Below, one piece after another: positions 1 to 10,288 of a stretch of 64,000 nucleotides of DNA (its first letter is position 1; each line of letters opens with the position of its first letter). The stretch lies in sequence record LC727698.1; one strand, written 5' to 3'. The notes beneath the pieces are model-generated. The model was not told the origin of the DNA, did no database searches, and saw nothing but the letters and a program-made list of their open reading frames with translations. A program made the position numbers and the translations under genes.

Positions 1-1866
1 TATAGACCGGCGCCGTTAGTCGATGTAGGTCCTGTCCTACAATATAAATTTCTAGCAAATGAACCATTAGACGAAGCAACAGAATCGATGTCAATTTCGT
101 CTGGCACAGTTTCTATACAAAATAGTTCGATGTATACTTCTGGCAGCACAGTAAACAATTATTTCTATAGAAAATTACCTAGTATACTTAAAAATACCAA
201 ATTTACAATAGAACTGACAATAAGGTCAGAAGGCGAAATTCCGTCTACTAGTAATATAATAGGTACATGGAATCCATCTAACGAATTTTGGTTGTTATCT
301 GTAATTAACAACAATTTAGTATTTCAATGGAATAATGGAACTGCTACTGCCGGTACTAGACAAGTATTTACATTCAGTAATGTACAAGTACCTTCAGACC
401 AAGACGTTCATTTAGCCGTATGTAGAGATGACACTATGTTATATGGATTTGTAAATGGACAACTAGCAGGTTCGTTTGAAGTGTCATTTGCAGGGCATAC
501 TAATGTTGTATCGGGGTCTATATTCTCTACAAGAAGCATGGCCACCACAAATAACTATTTTAATGGATATAGAAAAAATATTAGAATAGTAAATGACAAG
601 GCATTGTATGTTGCACCATTCACACTAGCTAGCGTAACTATGGCTGATGTAAAGCCAGACTACTATACCCCGGAAGATGCTAGCTTAGTAGTAGGTCAAA
701 TAACATGTAAACGAAATTCATTGTTCCAAGAAACTATGAATACTCCTACTTTACTACTTACAGGTTTATCTAATTCTACAACAGGACGATTTGTAACAAC
801 TACTAATAATACTTCTGGCTTCCAATTTTCTCCTGTAACAAATTGGCAATCTGGCGATTATACAATAGAATTATATATAAACTTATCTACAGTAGGCGCC
901 GGCGGTGCCATACTAATAGGTCAATGGACATCTTCGGGTGGCACTGACATCGGATGGTCTATCTCTATGCAACAAAATGGAAGCGTCAGACATTTCTATT
1001 CCACAGACGGATTATACGACCAAGCAAACGGTAACTCTGGAGTATTGCAAGCACCTAATGGTACTTTAGTATTAAACAAAGATACCCATGTATGTGCAAT
1101 GCGGAAAAATGGGGTAATAGGATTATTTGTAGATGGTGTTAGACTAGCCCAGGTAAACGAGGCAAGGCCATTATGGAATAGTCAAATACCCATTAGAAAC
1201 ACATGGACTGCGCCAGCAGATGGATATGCGTTAGCAGAACGCTGGAATATAAGATGTATTTCTAAAGCAATGTATGATATAGACGGTTTCGTTCCGCCGG
1301 TTCGTTTACCTACATTTCCTAATTTATTAACAAATACAGGTAGTTATTCGCGCTCTGCATTGTCTGGTACAACTACTACAGCAGATACAATGGGAAATAT
1401 TATACAATTTAATTCCTCCGGACAAACATCCGGCGGCGGCTACCAAAAATATTTTATATATGGTTCTAAAAAAGTAGAAATAATAGGAAATACCATATCT
1501 TCAGATTCAACACAACAAATGAGATATGGTTTAACAAACACAACTCCTACCACATTTGCAGAGTCAGAATCTGATTTTAATTCCGGTACATTCCCATATG
1601 CGTATGCCGATAGAATTAACAGTGTCATTCAAATAGTTAAACAAGGTAGTGTTATAGGTAGTTTGCCTCATTCTACTGCCAACCATACCTTTAAAATAAC
1701 ATATGATTTCGAAAATAATCAGTTTACTTATGAAGTTACTTCTGGCACTGCACAAGGACAATCTGTTACTACAAGTCTAGATTCTACAATAACACAGAAT
1801 ACTAAGTTTGCAGTATGTGGGACCAAATCTAATATACAAATAACTTCTGTAAAAATACAACAATAA
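1..1866 (+). CDS. Virion/tail-associated protein with two LamG (concanavalin A-like) domains; 5'-truncated
   Basis: Frame 1 is open from base 1, so the true start lies outside the window. Two repeats of the type 'FTIELxI...W...H.A..R......FVNG' are typical of LamG_3 domains. Confidence 0.7.
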   Translation, partial: YRPAPLVDVGPVLQYKFLANEPLDEATESMSISSGTVSIQNSSMYTSGSTVNNYFYRKLPSILKNTKFTIELTIRSEGEIPSTSNIIGTWNPSNEFWLLSVINNNLVFQWNNGTATAGTRQVFTFSNVQVPSDQDVHLAVCRDDTMLYGFVNGQLAGSFEVSFAGHTNVVSGSIFSTRSMATTNNYFNGYRKNIRIVNDKALYVAPFTLASVTMADVKPDYYTPEDASLVVGQITCKRNSLFQETMNTPTLLLTGLSNSTTGRFVTTTNNTSGFQFSPVTNWQSGDYTIELYINLSTVGAGGAILIGQWTSSGGTDIGWSISMQQNGSVRHFYSTDGLYDQANGNSGVLQAPNGTLVLNKDTHVCAMRKNGVIGLFVDGVRLAQVNEARPLWNSQIPIRNTWTAPADGYALAERWNIRCISKAMYDIDGFVPPVRLPTFPNLLTNTGSYSRSALSGTTTTADTMGNIIQFNSSGQTSGGGYQKYFIYGSKKVEIIGNTISSDSTQQMRYGLTNTTPTTFAESESDFNSGTFPYAYADRINSVIQIVKQGSVIGSLPHSTANHTFKITYDFENNQFTYEVTSGTAQGQSVTTSLDSTITQNTKFAVCGTKSNIQITSVKIQQ

Positions 1867-1891
1867 GTCCTTTAAATTAGGAAAAATTTCA

Positions 1892-1920
1892 TTGACTAAC
1901 TCCGTTTACACTAGTATAAT
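1892..1920 (+). promoter_or_regulatory. Sigma70-like promoter
   Basis: TTGACT-N17-TATAAT. Confidence 0.8.
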
Positions 1921-1946
1921 ATATGCAATGTTTAACGGAGTTAACA

Positions 1947-2222
1947 ATGACTGACATTAATCCAAATTCTCGCCACTACTCTGCTGAAGACGTCCGGCGA
2001 ATTAAACAGTTAGTTTCTGAAGGCATGCAAGTCATGCAAGAAATTGAAGATTTAAAAACCGGACTAGCAGAAACAGTTAAAGCAATTGCAGAAGAAGTAA
2101 ATGTTAAGCCTTCCCAGCTTAATAAAGTTATTAAAATCGCACATAAACGTTCTTTAAACGAAGAACTAGATAAGATTAACGAAGTAGAAGAGATTCTAGA
2201 CGCAATTAAAGAAGGTCGTTAA
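1947..2222 (+). CDS. Small helical dsDNA-binding protein (T4 DsbA-like)
   Basis: ATG at 1947 after GGAG. Size, helical pattern and acidic C-terminus resemble T4 DsbA; lies directly upstream of polB. Confidence 0.5.
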   Translation: MTDINPNSRHYSAEDVRRIKQLVSEGMQVMQEIEDLKTGLAETVKAIAEEVNVKPSQLNKVIKIAHKRSLNEELDKINEVEEILDAIKEGR

Positions 2223-2233
2223 TATTTTCAAAA

Positions 2234-2264
2234 CAAGCCGTGCTTTTGCGCGGCTTTTTATTTT
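2234..2264 (+). terminator. Rho-independent terminator
   Basis: AAGCCG...CGGCTT stem followed by a T-run. Confidence 0.55.
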
Positions 2265-2275
2265 GTAGGACAATT

Positions 2276-4687
2276 ATGTACATCGATATTTTCGAAGATA
2301 AGAAAAATGAAATACTTCTAGTTGCAGAACGATCTGCAGGCAAACGAATATACAAACAATACCCTATAGATCATACATATTACATATTAGATGCAACCGG
2401 ACCGTATAAAGATATATTCGGTAATAATGCTAAAGCTATTAAGCCATCTAGCATAAATGAAAAAATGACTCAAATGAAAATGCTAGATTTTTCGCAAACG
2501 TGCGAAATAGACGTCAGGCCAGAATTTAGATGCCTGGAAGTAAACTATAAGAATGCACCTATGCCAGATTTGCATGTTGCATTCTTCGATATCGAGACCG
2601 CGTTTGATCAAAAACGCGGTTATGCCGACCCAGCTGATCCTTTTAATCCCATTATATCAATATCTGTATATTTGCAATGGATGCAGCAAATGGTTTGCTT
2701 AGCATTAGCACCAGAGACTATATTGCCAGAAGATGCACAACGCATAGCATCAGAAGTAGGCGAAACAATTATATGTAAAAATGAAAAAGAAATGCTAAGT
2801 ATGTTTATTGACTTAGTAGAAGATGCAGACATTTTATCAGGTTGGAACTCAGAACGTTTCGATATTCCTTATACTTTTAACAGAATTGTAAAATTATTAG
2901 GTAAGAATGAACTAAGAAAATTATGCCTTTGGAATCTTATGCCCAAGAAGCGCAATATTGAACAAGAAGGCGGCAGTAGTTTTGTTACATTCGAAACATT
3001 TGGTAGAATACATTTAGATTATCTCCAATTGTATAAAAAATATAATTACGAAGAACGTCATAGTTACTCGTTAGATTCTATTTCGGAAATCGAACTAGGT
3101 GAACGAAAAGTTCCATACAACGGAACGTTAGACAAACTTTATAAATATGATTTTAAAAAGTTTTTAGAATATAACATTCAAGATACTCGACTCCTAGATA
3201 AGTTAGATAGAAAATTAAAATATATAGATCTAGCTTCCACTATTGCACATAGTAATTGCATTCCTATCCCTACTGTTATGGGTGCAGTAGCTACAACCGA
3301 ACAAGCAATTATAATCGAAGCACATAATAACGGCATGGTAGTGCCATCTAGGCAACGTTTTAAAAACAATGATACACTTAAAGCTGCGGGCGGTTGGGTA
3401 GCATATCCTAAAGTAGGACTGCATAGAGATATTGGCTCCAGTGACTTAAATTCTCTGTATCCTTCTGTGTTAAGGGCACTAAACATGAGCCCAGAAACTA
3501 TTATCGGACAAGTTCGATTAACGCTTACTAACCCTGCAATCGAAGAATGGTGTGCAAAAGGCGGAACAAAACATACATTTGCTGCATGGTGGAACGATAG
3601 GTTTACCACTTTAGAAATGGAATATGTGTTAAACAAAGACAGGGGTACTATATTAACGTTAGATATGGCAGACGGGCGCTCGTTTGAACTGTCAGGTGCC
3701 GAAATATACGAATTAGTATTCAACAGTGGTCAGAATTGGCATATCAGTGCTAACGGAACTATATTCACACAAGACAGAGCAGGTGTAATTCCGTTACTAC
3801 TTACAAGATGGTATGCAGAACGTAAAGGGATGCAGAAAATTGCATCAGATTATAATTCTTTAGATAAAGAACACCATAGCGACAAAACTGTATTTTTAGA
3901 AGATAAATCAGTATTAGATGGAATATGCGTAGGCGAAGTTGAATTAGCAGACCATTATAATATTAATGATGTATATGTTGCAGCTACATTAAAAAATCTT
4001 GTCGAATCAAAAAATTGGCAAGAAGTAGCAATATATATGAAAAAGTATGGACTAGAAGTGTCGTCTGACAATTCAATTGTTATGTCAGATTCCCATATGC
4101 AAAACGAATATTACGAATATTGGGATAAAGCCCAGTTAGTTCGTAAAATTGGATTAAACAGCTTATATGGCGGACTACTTAACGAACATTCTAGATTCTA
4201 CGATAAAAGACTAGGACAGAGTACTACACTTACTGGGCGCTGTATCACTAGACATATGGCTTCTAAAACAAACGAAATGTTTACTGGCATTTACGATCAT
4301 GAAGGCGATTGTGTAATTTATGGCGATACAGATAGTGTAGATGGATCAACTATCCTAAATACTTCTCTAGGTAAAATAACTATAGAAGAATTGTTTAATG
4401 TGTCTGACAAGCATGTAGTTCATGCAGAAAAAGAATTTGCTTCGAATGAAGATGTTATGGTAATGTCGTGGGACAATTCTGCAAAACAACCATATATGGG
4501 GCATATAAACTATGTGTACCGCCACGAAGTAGAAAAAGAGCTATTCGAAATAGAAGACAACAACGGAAATAAAGTTATAGTAACCGAAGATCATTCTATT
4601 ATGGTTATACGTAACGCAGAACTTCTAGAGGTTAAACCCACAGATTTAACAGATAGTGATATAATATTATCTATTGTATATGAATAA
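2276..4687 (+). CDS. Family B DNA polymerase, N-terminal part, fused to the N-half of a split intein
   Basis: ATG at 2276 after AGGA. Exonuclease motifs FDIET, GWNSERFD, YNIQD; polymerase motifs DLNSLYPS, KIGLNSLYG, YGDTD; intein N-terminus follows. Confidence 0.95.
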   Translation: MYIDIFEDKKNEILLVAERSAGKRIYKQYPIDHTYYILDATGPYKDIFGNNAKAIKPSSINEKMTQMKMLDFSQTCEIDVRPEFRCLEVNYKNAPMPDLHVAFFDIETAFDQKRGYADPADPFNPIISISVYLQWMQQMVCLALAPETILPEDAQRIASEVGETIICKNEKEMLSMFIDLVEDADILSGWNSERFDIPYTFNRIVKLLGKNELRKLCLWNLMPKKRNIEQEGGSSFVTFETFGRIHLDYLQLYKKYNYEERHSYSLDSISEIELGERKVPYNGTLDKLYKYDFKKFLEYNIQDTRLLDKLDRKLKYIDLASTIAHSNCIPIPTVMGAVATTEQAIIIEAHNNGMVVPSRQRFKNNDTLKAAGGWVAYPKVGLHRDIGSSDLNSLYPSVLRALNMSPETIIGQVRLTLTNPAIEEWCAKGGTKHTFAAWWNDRFTTLEMEYVLNKDRGTILTLDMADGRSFELSGAEIYELVFNSGQNWHISANGTIFTQDRAGVIPLLLTRWYAERKGMQKIASDYNSLDKEHHSDKTVFLEDKSVLDGICVGEVELADHYNINDVYVAATLKNLVESKNWQEVAIYMKKYGLEVSSDNSIVMSDSHMQNEYYEYWDKAQLVRKIGLNSLYGGLLNEHSRFYDKRLGQSTTLTGRCITRHMASKTNEMFTGIYDHEGDCVIYGDTDSVDGSTILNTSLGKITIEELFNVSDKHVVHAEKEFASNEDVMVMSWDNSAKQPYMGHINYVYRHEVEKELFEIEDNNGNKVIVTEDHSIMVIRNAELLEVKPTDLTDSDIILSIVYE
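4334..4684 (+). mobile_element. Split intein N-fragment (117 aa, Ser1, no Cys)
   Basis: Begins SVDGSTIL right after YGDTD; block B-like VTEDHS; ends at a stop codon. Confidence 0.9.
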
Positions 4688-6362
4688 AGAATATTATCAG
4701 TCATACGCAAAAGAATTAAAAAAGAATAATAAGAAAGAATACAATCGTATTCTTTCTTTGTATGAGCCTGTATTCGATAAATGGGTTGCATTTAAGTATT
4801 ATATAAAAGGAATATCGCCGCCTGTATGTAAAGAATGTGGTAATAGAATAACTGTTTCGGCAAAACAAGCAGAATATCACACAGAATGCAAATATAATAA
4901 ACACAAGTATTCATTTGATAAATTTATAAAATGCATAGATGATGACCAATACATATATTGTGTGTGGAATGGATATATTTCAACATCTGACAATATAACA
5001 TACAGATGCACTAAACACGGCATAATTGTTCAAAAACTTAGTTCTAGACTAAAAGGTCACAAATGCCAAAAATGTTCAGCTGAGCGTAAAGTAAGTCTAG
5101 ATAACTTTAATAACTGGAAAACGCAGTGTTCTAAAATACATAATAATTTTTATGATTATTCTGTATCTACTGATTTTACATTCTTAACAAAAGATGTATC
5201 TATTAAATGTCCAATACATGGAATATTTAAACAAAAAGCAAACGTCCATCAATCAGGTCACGGTTGTAAACAATGCTCGTTCGAAGCCATCGGTCATAGA
5301 TTATCATATGACACAGATTCTTTTATAGAAAGAAGTAACAATGTTCATAATAATTTTTATGACTATACCAAAACTATATACACTAACATTAGAGATAAAG
5401 TTATTATAACATGTCCGATACACGGCGACTTTAATCAGATAGCATATTATCATACTGCCGGACACGGTTGTCAGAAATGCGATTTAGATAAAGTAGCAGA
5501 AACTACCTATAGATCTAAGGCAGAAATAGAAATATTTGATTTAGTTAAATCTTATTGCTCAGATACAATTCATTCATACAATAAATTCGGGTTCGAATTA
5601 GACATATATGTTCCTAGTAAAAATCTTGCAATAGAATATAATGGACTTTATTGGCATTCTTCTAAACATATAGAAACTGATCAAAAGTATAAAACATACC
5701 ATCTTGATAAAACCACTACATGCGAACAAAATAATATCCAATTATTACACATTTTTGACAACGAATGGCATACTAAAAAAGATATATGGATCTCGGTAAT
5801 AAAAAATAAACTAGGTTTATCTAATAAAATATATGCAAGAAAAACAGAAATTAAAGAAGTTAATTTCGATGATGCAAAACAATTTGCCGAAACGAATCAT
5901 TTGCAAGGTCATGCACAATTTCGGCATGCATACGGATTGTATTATTCGGATCAATTAGTTTCTTTATTAACAATTGCAAAGCCCAGGTTTAATAAAAATG
6001 CAAACTGGGAAATAGTAAGATTTTGTAACCTAAATAACACAAGTGTAATAGGTGGGTTTTCTAAATTATTAAAGGTAGTTTCTTGTAATTTTACAGGCAA
6101 GATAGTATCATATGCAAATAGGCGCTGGTCTGCTGGAAACGTTTATGAAAAAAACGGATTTGCTAAAACTTCAGTAATAGCTCCTGGATTTTATTATACT
6201 GACTTCAAAGATACATATAATAGATTATCTTTCTCTAAAGACAAGGCAAAAGTTAAATTAAAAAATTATAATAATTCAGTTAGTGTAGTAGAAAATATTT
6301 ACGCAAACGGATATGGCAGGATTTGGGATTCAGGAAATATTGTTTATACAAAGGATTTATAA
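4680..6362 (+). CDS. Free-standing homing endonuclease, Vsr-like/EDxHD PD-(D/E)xK family, with zinc-binding repeats
   Basis: ATG at 4680 overlaps the polB-N stop. Repeated CPIHGxFxQ...H..GHGCxxC motifs; SKAEIEI...ELDIYVP..LAIEYNGLYWHS nuclease core; sits between the two intein halves. Confidence 0.85.
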   Translation: MNKEYYQSYAKELKKNNKKEYNRILSLYEPVFDKWVAFKYYIKGISPPVCKECGNRITVSAKQAEYHTECKYNKHKYSFDKFIKCIDDDQYIYCVWNGYISTSDNITYRCTKHGIIVQKLSSRLKGHKCQKCSAERKVSLDNFNNWKTQCSKIHNNFYDYSVSTDFTFLTKDVSIKCPIHGIFKQKANVHQSGHGCKQCSFEAIGHRLSYDTDSFIERSNNVHNNFYDYTKTIYTNIRDKVIITCPIHGDFNQIAYYHTAGHGCQKCDLDKVAETTYRSKAEIEIFDLVKSYCSDTIHSYNKFGFELDIYVPSKNLAIEYNGLYWHSSKHIETDQKYKTYHLDKTTTCEQNNIQLLHIFDNEWHTKKDIWISVIKNKLGLSNKIYARKTEIKEVNFDDAKQFAETNHLQGHAQFRHAYGLYYSDQLVSLLTIAKPRFNKNANWEIVRFCNLNNTSVIGGFSKLLKVVSCNFTGKIVSYANRRWSAGNVYEKNGFAKTSVIAPGFYYTDFKDTYNRLSFSKDKAKVKLKNYNNSVSVVENIYANGYGRIWDSGNIVYTKDL

Positions 6363-6617
6363 ATGCATAATCTAACAAAACACCTTTTAGGTGTATTTTC
6401 TGCAAAAACAGAAGACGAAGAATATAACAGTGCAAAAAGAGCGTTAGAAGAATTAAACAAAAATATAAAAGAAAGAGATCCTAATAAATTTAATGTGTCT
6501 TTAGGAAAGGTATCTAAAGTAACTAATTTAGGAAAAAAGAAACAATATGTATACGATATAGGGATGAAAAATCCCGATAATCCGTATTTCTTTGGAAATA
6601 ATATATTAGTTCACAAT
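6363..6617 (+). mobile_element. Split intein C-fragment (85 aa, ends His-Asn, +1 residue Ser)
   Basis: Blocks F/G YVYDI...ILVHN; TCT (Ser) at 6618. Confidence 0.9.
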
Positions 6618-7502
6618 TCTTGCTATTTTACTGCATGGCCTGCAGTAAAAGACCTAGTAGAATCTGGCGAAATGGAATGGGATAAAGATACTGTCATTAA
6701 ATTATACGACAATGTTTCGTCACAAGTAAGTGATACATTTCCAGAATTTTTAAAACAAACATTTAATGTTCCATATAAAAACTCAGAAGGTGTTATTAAG
6801 TCAGGTAGGGAAATTGTAGCTACTTCTGGTCTTTTTATCAAAAAGAAACGTTATGCTGCTATGATGTATGATAAAGAAGGTACTAGATACGACGACGAAA
6901 ACAGCCCAGGAAAAGTAAAAGCAATGGGTTTAGACTTACGTCGGTCAGATACGCCTAAATTTGTCCAAACATTCCTTATGGAAATTCTAGTTATGGTGCT
7001 AACACATAAAACAGAAGATGAAGTAATAGAATATATTCGAGAATTTAAAAAAGAATTTAATAAAATGAAACCGTGGGAAAAGGGAATGCCAAAAGGCGTC
7101 AACGGTATCAGTACATATGAAGATAAATTAGAAGAACATATGAATAAAAAGTTAGCAGGAAGAGAGTCTAGAATCACTGTCCCCGGTCACGTGTCTGCTG
7201 CGATGAACTGGAATAAACTAAAGCTTATCAATAAAGACCTACATACTCCTAAAATCTCAGATGGTCAAAAATGTGTTGTTTGTTATTTAAAAGAAACCGC
7301 AGACAATCATTTTACTAGTATAGCATATCCTGTAGATGAATTGCACTTACCAGAATGGTTTACGTCTTTGCCATTCGATGAAGATTTAATGAGAGAAAAA
7401 GTAGTAGATAACAAAGTTAAGAACCTTTTAGGTATTCTAAAATGGGATTTTAGTAAAACAGAAGAAGCTGCTGCACACTTCGATTCGCTGTTTGGTTGGT
7501 AA
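6363..7502 (+). CDS. Split intein C-fragment fused to the C-terminal part of family B DNA polymerase
   Basis: VYDIGM...FFGNNILVHN/SCYF splice junction, then PolB motifs KKRYA and KVKAMGLDLRRSD. Confidence 0.93.
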   Translation: MHNLTKHLLGVFSAKTEDEEYNSAKRALEELNKNIKERDPNKFNVSLGKVSKVTNLGKKKQYVYDIGMKNPDNPYFFGNNILVHNSCYFTAWPAVKDLVESGEMEWDKDTVIKLYDNVSSQVSDTFPEFLKQTFNVPYKNSEGVIKSGREIVATSGLFIKKKRYAAMMYDKEGTRYDDENSPGKVKAMGLDLRRSDTPKFVQTFLMEILVMVLTHKTEDEVIEYIREFKKEFNKMKPWEKGMPKGVNGISTYEDKLEEHMNKKLAGRESRITVPGHVSAAMNWNKLKLINKDLHTPKISDGQKCVVCYLKETADNHFTSIAYPVDELHLPEWFTSLPFDEDLMREKVVDNKVKNLLGILKWDFSKTEEAAAHFDSLFGW

Positions 7503-7524
7503 TCAAAAACTATACTTTGTACAC

Positions 7525-7553
7525 TTGCATTATGAAAATATTTAATGTATAAT
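7525..7553 (+). promoter_or_regulatory. Sigma70-like promoter
   Basis: TTGCAT-N17-TATAAT. Confidence 0.7.
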
Positions 7554-7582
7554 TCACACACATCTTAGGAGAATAATAAGTA

Positions 7583-8329
7583 ATGATTGTAGACAATTTA
7601 AAGGACGTAGTTCGTAACACTCACGGTTTAGGTTTTATAGATACTGTCAAAATTATCGGTTCTGTAAATGAAACTAAATTAGAAGCTATGTCAACTAATA
7701 AAACTGTAGTTATGTACGGTTCTTTAAAAAAATCCATTCCGGGGTTAGACGATACTGTAGGTTTAAGTAGAATGTCTGTACTGAGCGGTATGTTAAATTT
7801 CCCACCATATTCGGGAGATGATGCTGAAGTTTCTATTAAGAAACAAGAACGTAACGGTGAAGAAATCCCTGCAGAAATTGTATTTTCTTCTTCGACGGGT
7901 CACAAATCGTCGTACCGGTTTATGGCACGAGATACAGTAGATGAAGTGCTAAAAGTTCCGCCGTTTAGGGGAGTTGTGTGGGATATAGTTATTCAACCTA
8001 CTAAGCAAGCGATGAAAGATCTTCAATATTTTAGTGCTGTATTGGGTTCTTATGAATCTAACTTTTTAGTTAAAGTAACAGACGGTGTTTTAGAATTCCA
8101 CATAGGTACTGGTGCTACTAGTGACCGTACCGTTGTACCATTTGCAAAAGATGTCAAGAGCACATTACGCAATAACTGGTCCTGGCCATTACCGGAAGTG
8201 TTAGCAATTCTAAAAAACGCAGATAGTGGCAAATGTACTATGTCTATTTCTAGTCAGGGTGCATTGATGATTGAACTCGACACTGGGCTAATAGAAGTTC
8301 AATATATTCTTCCTGCAAAAAGTGCATAA
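7583..8329 (+). CDS. Probable DNA polymerase sliding clamp (T4 gp45-like)
   Basis: 248 aa, adjacent to polB; YRF motif and C-terminal YILP resemble phage clamps. Confidence 0.6.
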   Translation: MIVDNLKDVVRNTHGLGFIDTVKIIGSVNETKLEAMSTNKTVVMYGSLKKSIPGLDDTVGLSRMSVLSGMLNFPPYSGDDAEVSIKKQERNGEEIPAEIVFSSSTGHKSSYRFMARDTVDEVLKVPPFRGVVWDIVIQPTKQAMKDLQYFSAVLGSYESNFLVKVTDGVLEFHIGTGATSDRTVVPFAKDVKSTLRNNWSWPLPEVLAILKNADSGKCTMSISSQGALMIELDTGLIEVQYILPAKSA

Positions 8330-8332
8330 ATA

Positions 8333-8593
8333 ATGATCTTACCTGCTCGTAAATTAGTTAAATTGCAATACTATATTGTACAGGAATCTTACAATTCTAT
8401 AGGTAGACCAATAACTACAGTTACTCTTGTATACAGAAAATATATATTTTTTACAAAGAAAGAAAAAATTATATTCGAGCGTATTAAGAAAACAGACAAT
8501 TTGTATTATAAACAAGAATCCGAAAAAGAGTTGTGTGAACAACTAAGTGTATGGGCAAAAAGAACATTAAAAATATATGATATAGGGCAATAA
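8333..8593 (+). CDS. Hypothetical protein
   Basis: ORF packed after the clamp gene and followed by a hairpin. Confidence 0.55.
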   Translation: MILPARKLVKLQYYIVQESYNSIGRPITTVTLVYRKYIFFTKKEKIIFERIKKTDNLYYKQESEKELCEQLSVWAKRTLKIYDIGQ

Positions 8594-8610
8594 TTGCCCT
8601 ATATTTTTCA
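8584..8610 (+). terminator. Rho-independent terminator
   Basis: ATAGGGCAA-taa-TTGCCCTAT followed by T-rich tail. Confidence 0.6.
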
Positions 8611-8665
8611 TTTATAAATGAATTAACCTAAATACGTATGCACTAAAGAATAATTAAGGAATATA

Positions 8666-10288
8666 ATGAAAAATTTATCAAACAGTCAAAAAGATTATGC
8701 GATCTATTTGCCTGCAATTAGTGGGTTTTACACAAAACAATTAGACAGTTCCATTAACGATCCGTCTACAAGAAAAATACCTAGCTTTCCTAATGGATAT
8801 AATACTCTTAATTTTTTAGATCCATCTAGCGATACATTCTTTTACGGGTATGGGTTATATTCTGCAGGCCATGCAGAACTGTCTTTATCTAGAACTGATG
8901 CAAAAGAATGGATGATCCAAGCCAGGGACAAAACACAAACAACAGTTATTGCAGATTCGGGTGGTTTCCAGGTAGCTACCGGTGTAATTAAATTAAACTG
9001 GGATGATTTTAAAGGAGCTAGCGGAGATAAAATAAGAAATGAAATTTTAAAATGGTGTGAACATACCGCTGACTGGTCAATGACACTAGATGTTCCTGCG
9101 TTTGCTGCTACTCCTCCGTACAGCTCAAAAACCGGTCTTAATAAATTTGAAGATACATTAGATTATTCTCTTCATAATTTACATTATTACATGAAGAACA
9201 GAACTCCAGGCGCAACTAAATTCCTTAGTGTATTATCGGGATCGGACGTAGATACATCTAAGATTTGGTACGACAACGTAAAAGCATTTAGTGACCCCGC
9301 TAAAGTAGTAGAAATGGGATATCCAGCTAGTCATACACTCGAAGGATATGCATTTGCTGGTATAAACATGAGAAATATGTATTGTGCTCTTTCTCGATTC
9401 TTAGATCTAATAGATGATAATATTATTTCAGATAAAAACTGGATACACTTTCTCGGACTAGGCAGGACCGATTGGGCTTGTTTCTTAACATCTATTCAAC
9501 GAAATATAAGAAAACATTATAATCCCAATATTAACATAAGTTTTGACGCAGCTTCTCCGTTTGTTTCTGTGGCATACGGTCTTGCATATAACTATAATTA
9601 TTTTAATCCCAAACGGTGGGGATATAATATGGATTCTGCCCCAGACAGTAGAGAGTTTAGTGATAAAGATATTCCTATGCCGTTTATGAGTCCTATTATG
9701 GAAAAATTATCATTAAAAGACATATGTCCATATCACAATGGTTATGGTATAATAAATGGTGTTAAAAATGCAAACTTTACAAAAGAAGATGTAGAAACTG
9801 CTCTTAAAGAAGGAAAAGATGCAGAATACGTGCCGCCTAGCGCAAATAAAAATGGTAAAGTAGGTAAAACCAGTTGGGATTCACTTAGTTACTTATTAAT
9901 AATGAATCATAATGTTTACAATCATATAGCTGCAATCCAAGAATCTAATAGATTAGTCGATATAGAACGGTTGCGAGTTAAAGTAGATTACCGAGATTGG
10001 ACTAGAGATAAAAAGAAAGGTACTATAGAAGTAAGTAATCACGTCCCTAGTTCGATTTTATATTTTGACCATTTCGTAGAAGTATTGCTAGATCCGAGTA
10101 CTCCTAATAAGCGACAATTACTAGAAGATTATAGACCTATGCTAGACAGCATTAGTTTCGGTAATTATAACTCAAACTCATTTAATAGTCTTTTTGATGT
10201 AGATGCTACTGCAATTGAAGATGAAAATAAGTTTGCAGACATAAACGACGAAAAACTAACTGAATTAGAACAAGGATTAGACAATTAA
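8666..10288 (+). CDS. tRNA-guanine transglycosylase (TGT)/DpdA-like base-exchange enzyme
   Basis: IADSGGFQV, MTLDVP, GYAFAG, IHFLGLG, SFDAASPF and HNVY correspond in order to TGT catalytic motifs; no obvious CxCxxC zinc site. Confidence 0.8.
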   Translation: MKNLSNSQKDYAIYLPAISGFYTKQLDSSINDPSTRKIPSFPNGYNTLNFLDPSSDTFFYGYGLYSAGHAELSLSRTDAKEWMIQARDKTQTTVIADSGGFQVATGVIKLNWDDFKGASGDKIRNEILKWCEHTADWSMTLDVPAFAATPPYSSKTGLNKFEDTLDYSLHNLHYYMKNRTPGATKFLSVLSGSDVDTSKIWYDNVKAFSDPAKVVEMGYPASHTLEGYAFAGINMRNMYCALSRFLDLIDDNIISDKNWIHFLGLGRTDWACFLTSIQRNIRKHYNPNINISFDAASPFVSVAYGLAYNYNYFNPKRWGYNMDSAPDSREFSDKDIPMPFMSPIMEKLSLKDICPYHNGYGIINGVKNANFTKEDVETALKEGKDAEYVPPSANKNGKVGKTSWDSLSYLLIMNHNVYNHIAAIQESNRLVDIERLRVKVDYRDWTRDKKKGTIEVSNHVPSSILYFDHFVEVLLDPSTPNKRQLLEDYRPMLDSISFGNYNSNSFNSLFDVDATAIEDENKFADINDEKLTELEQGLDN

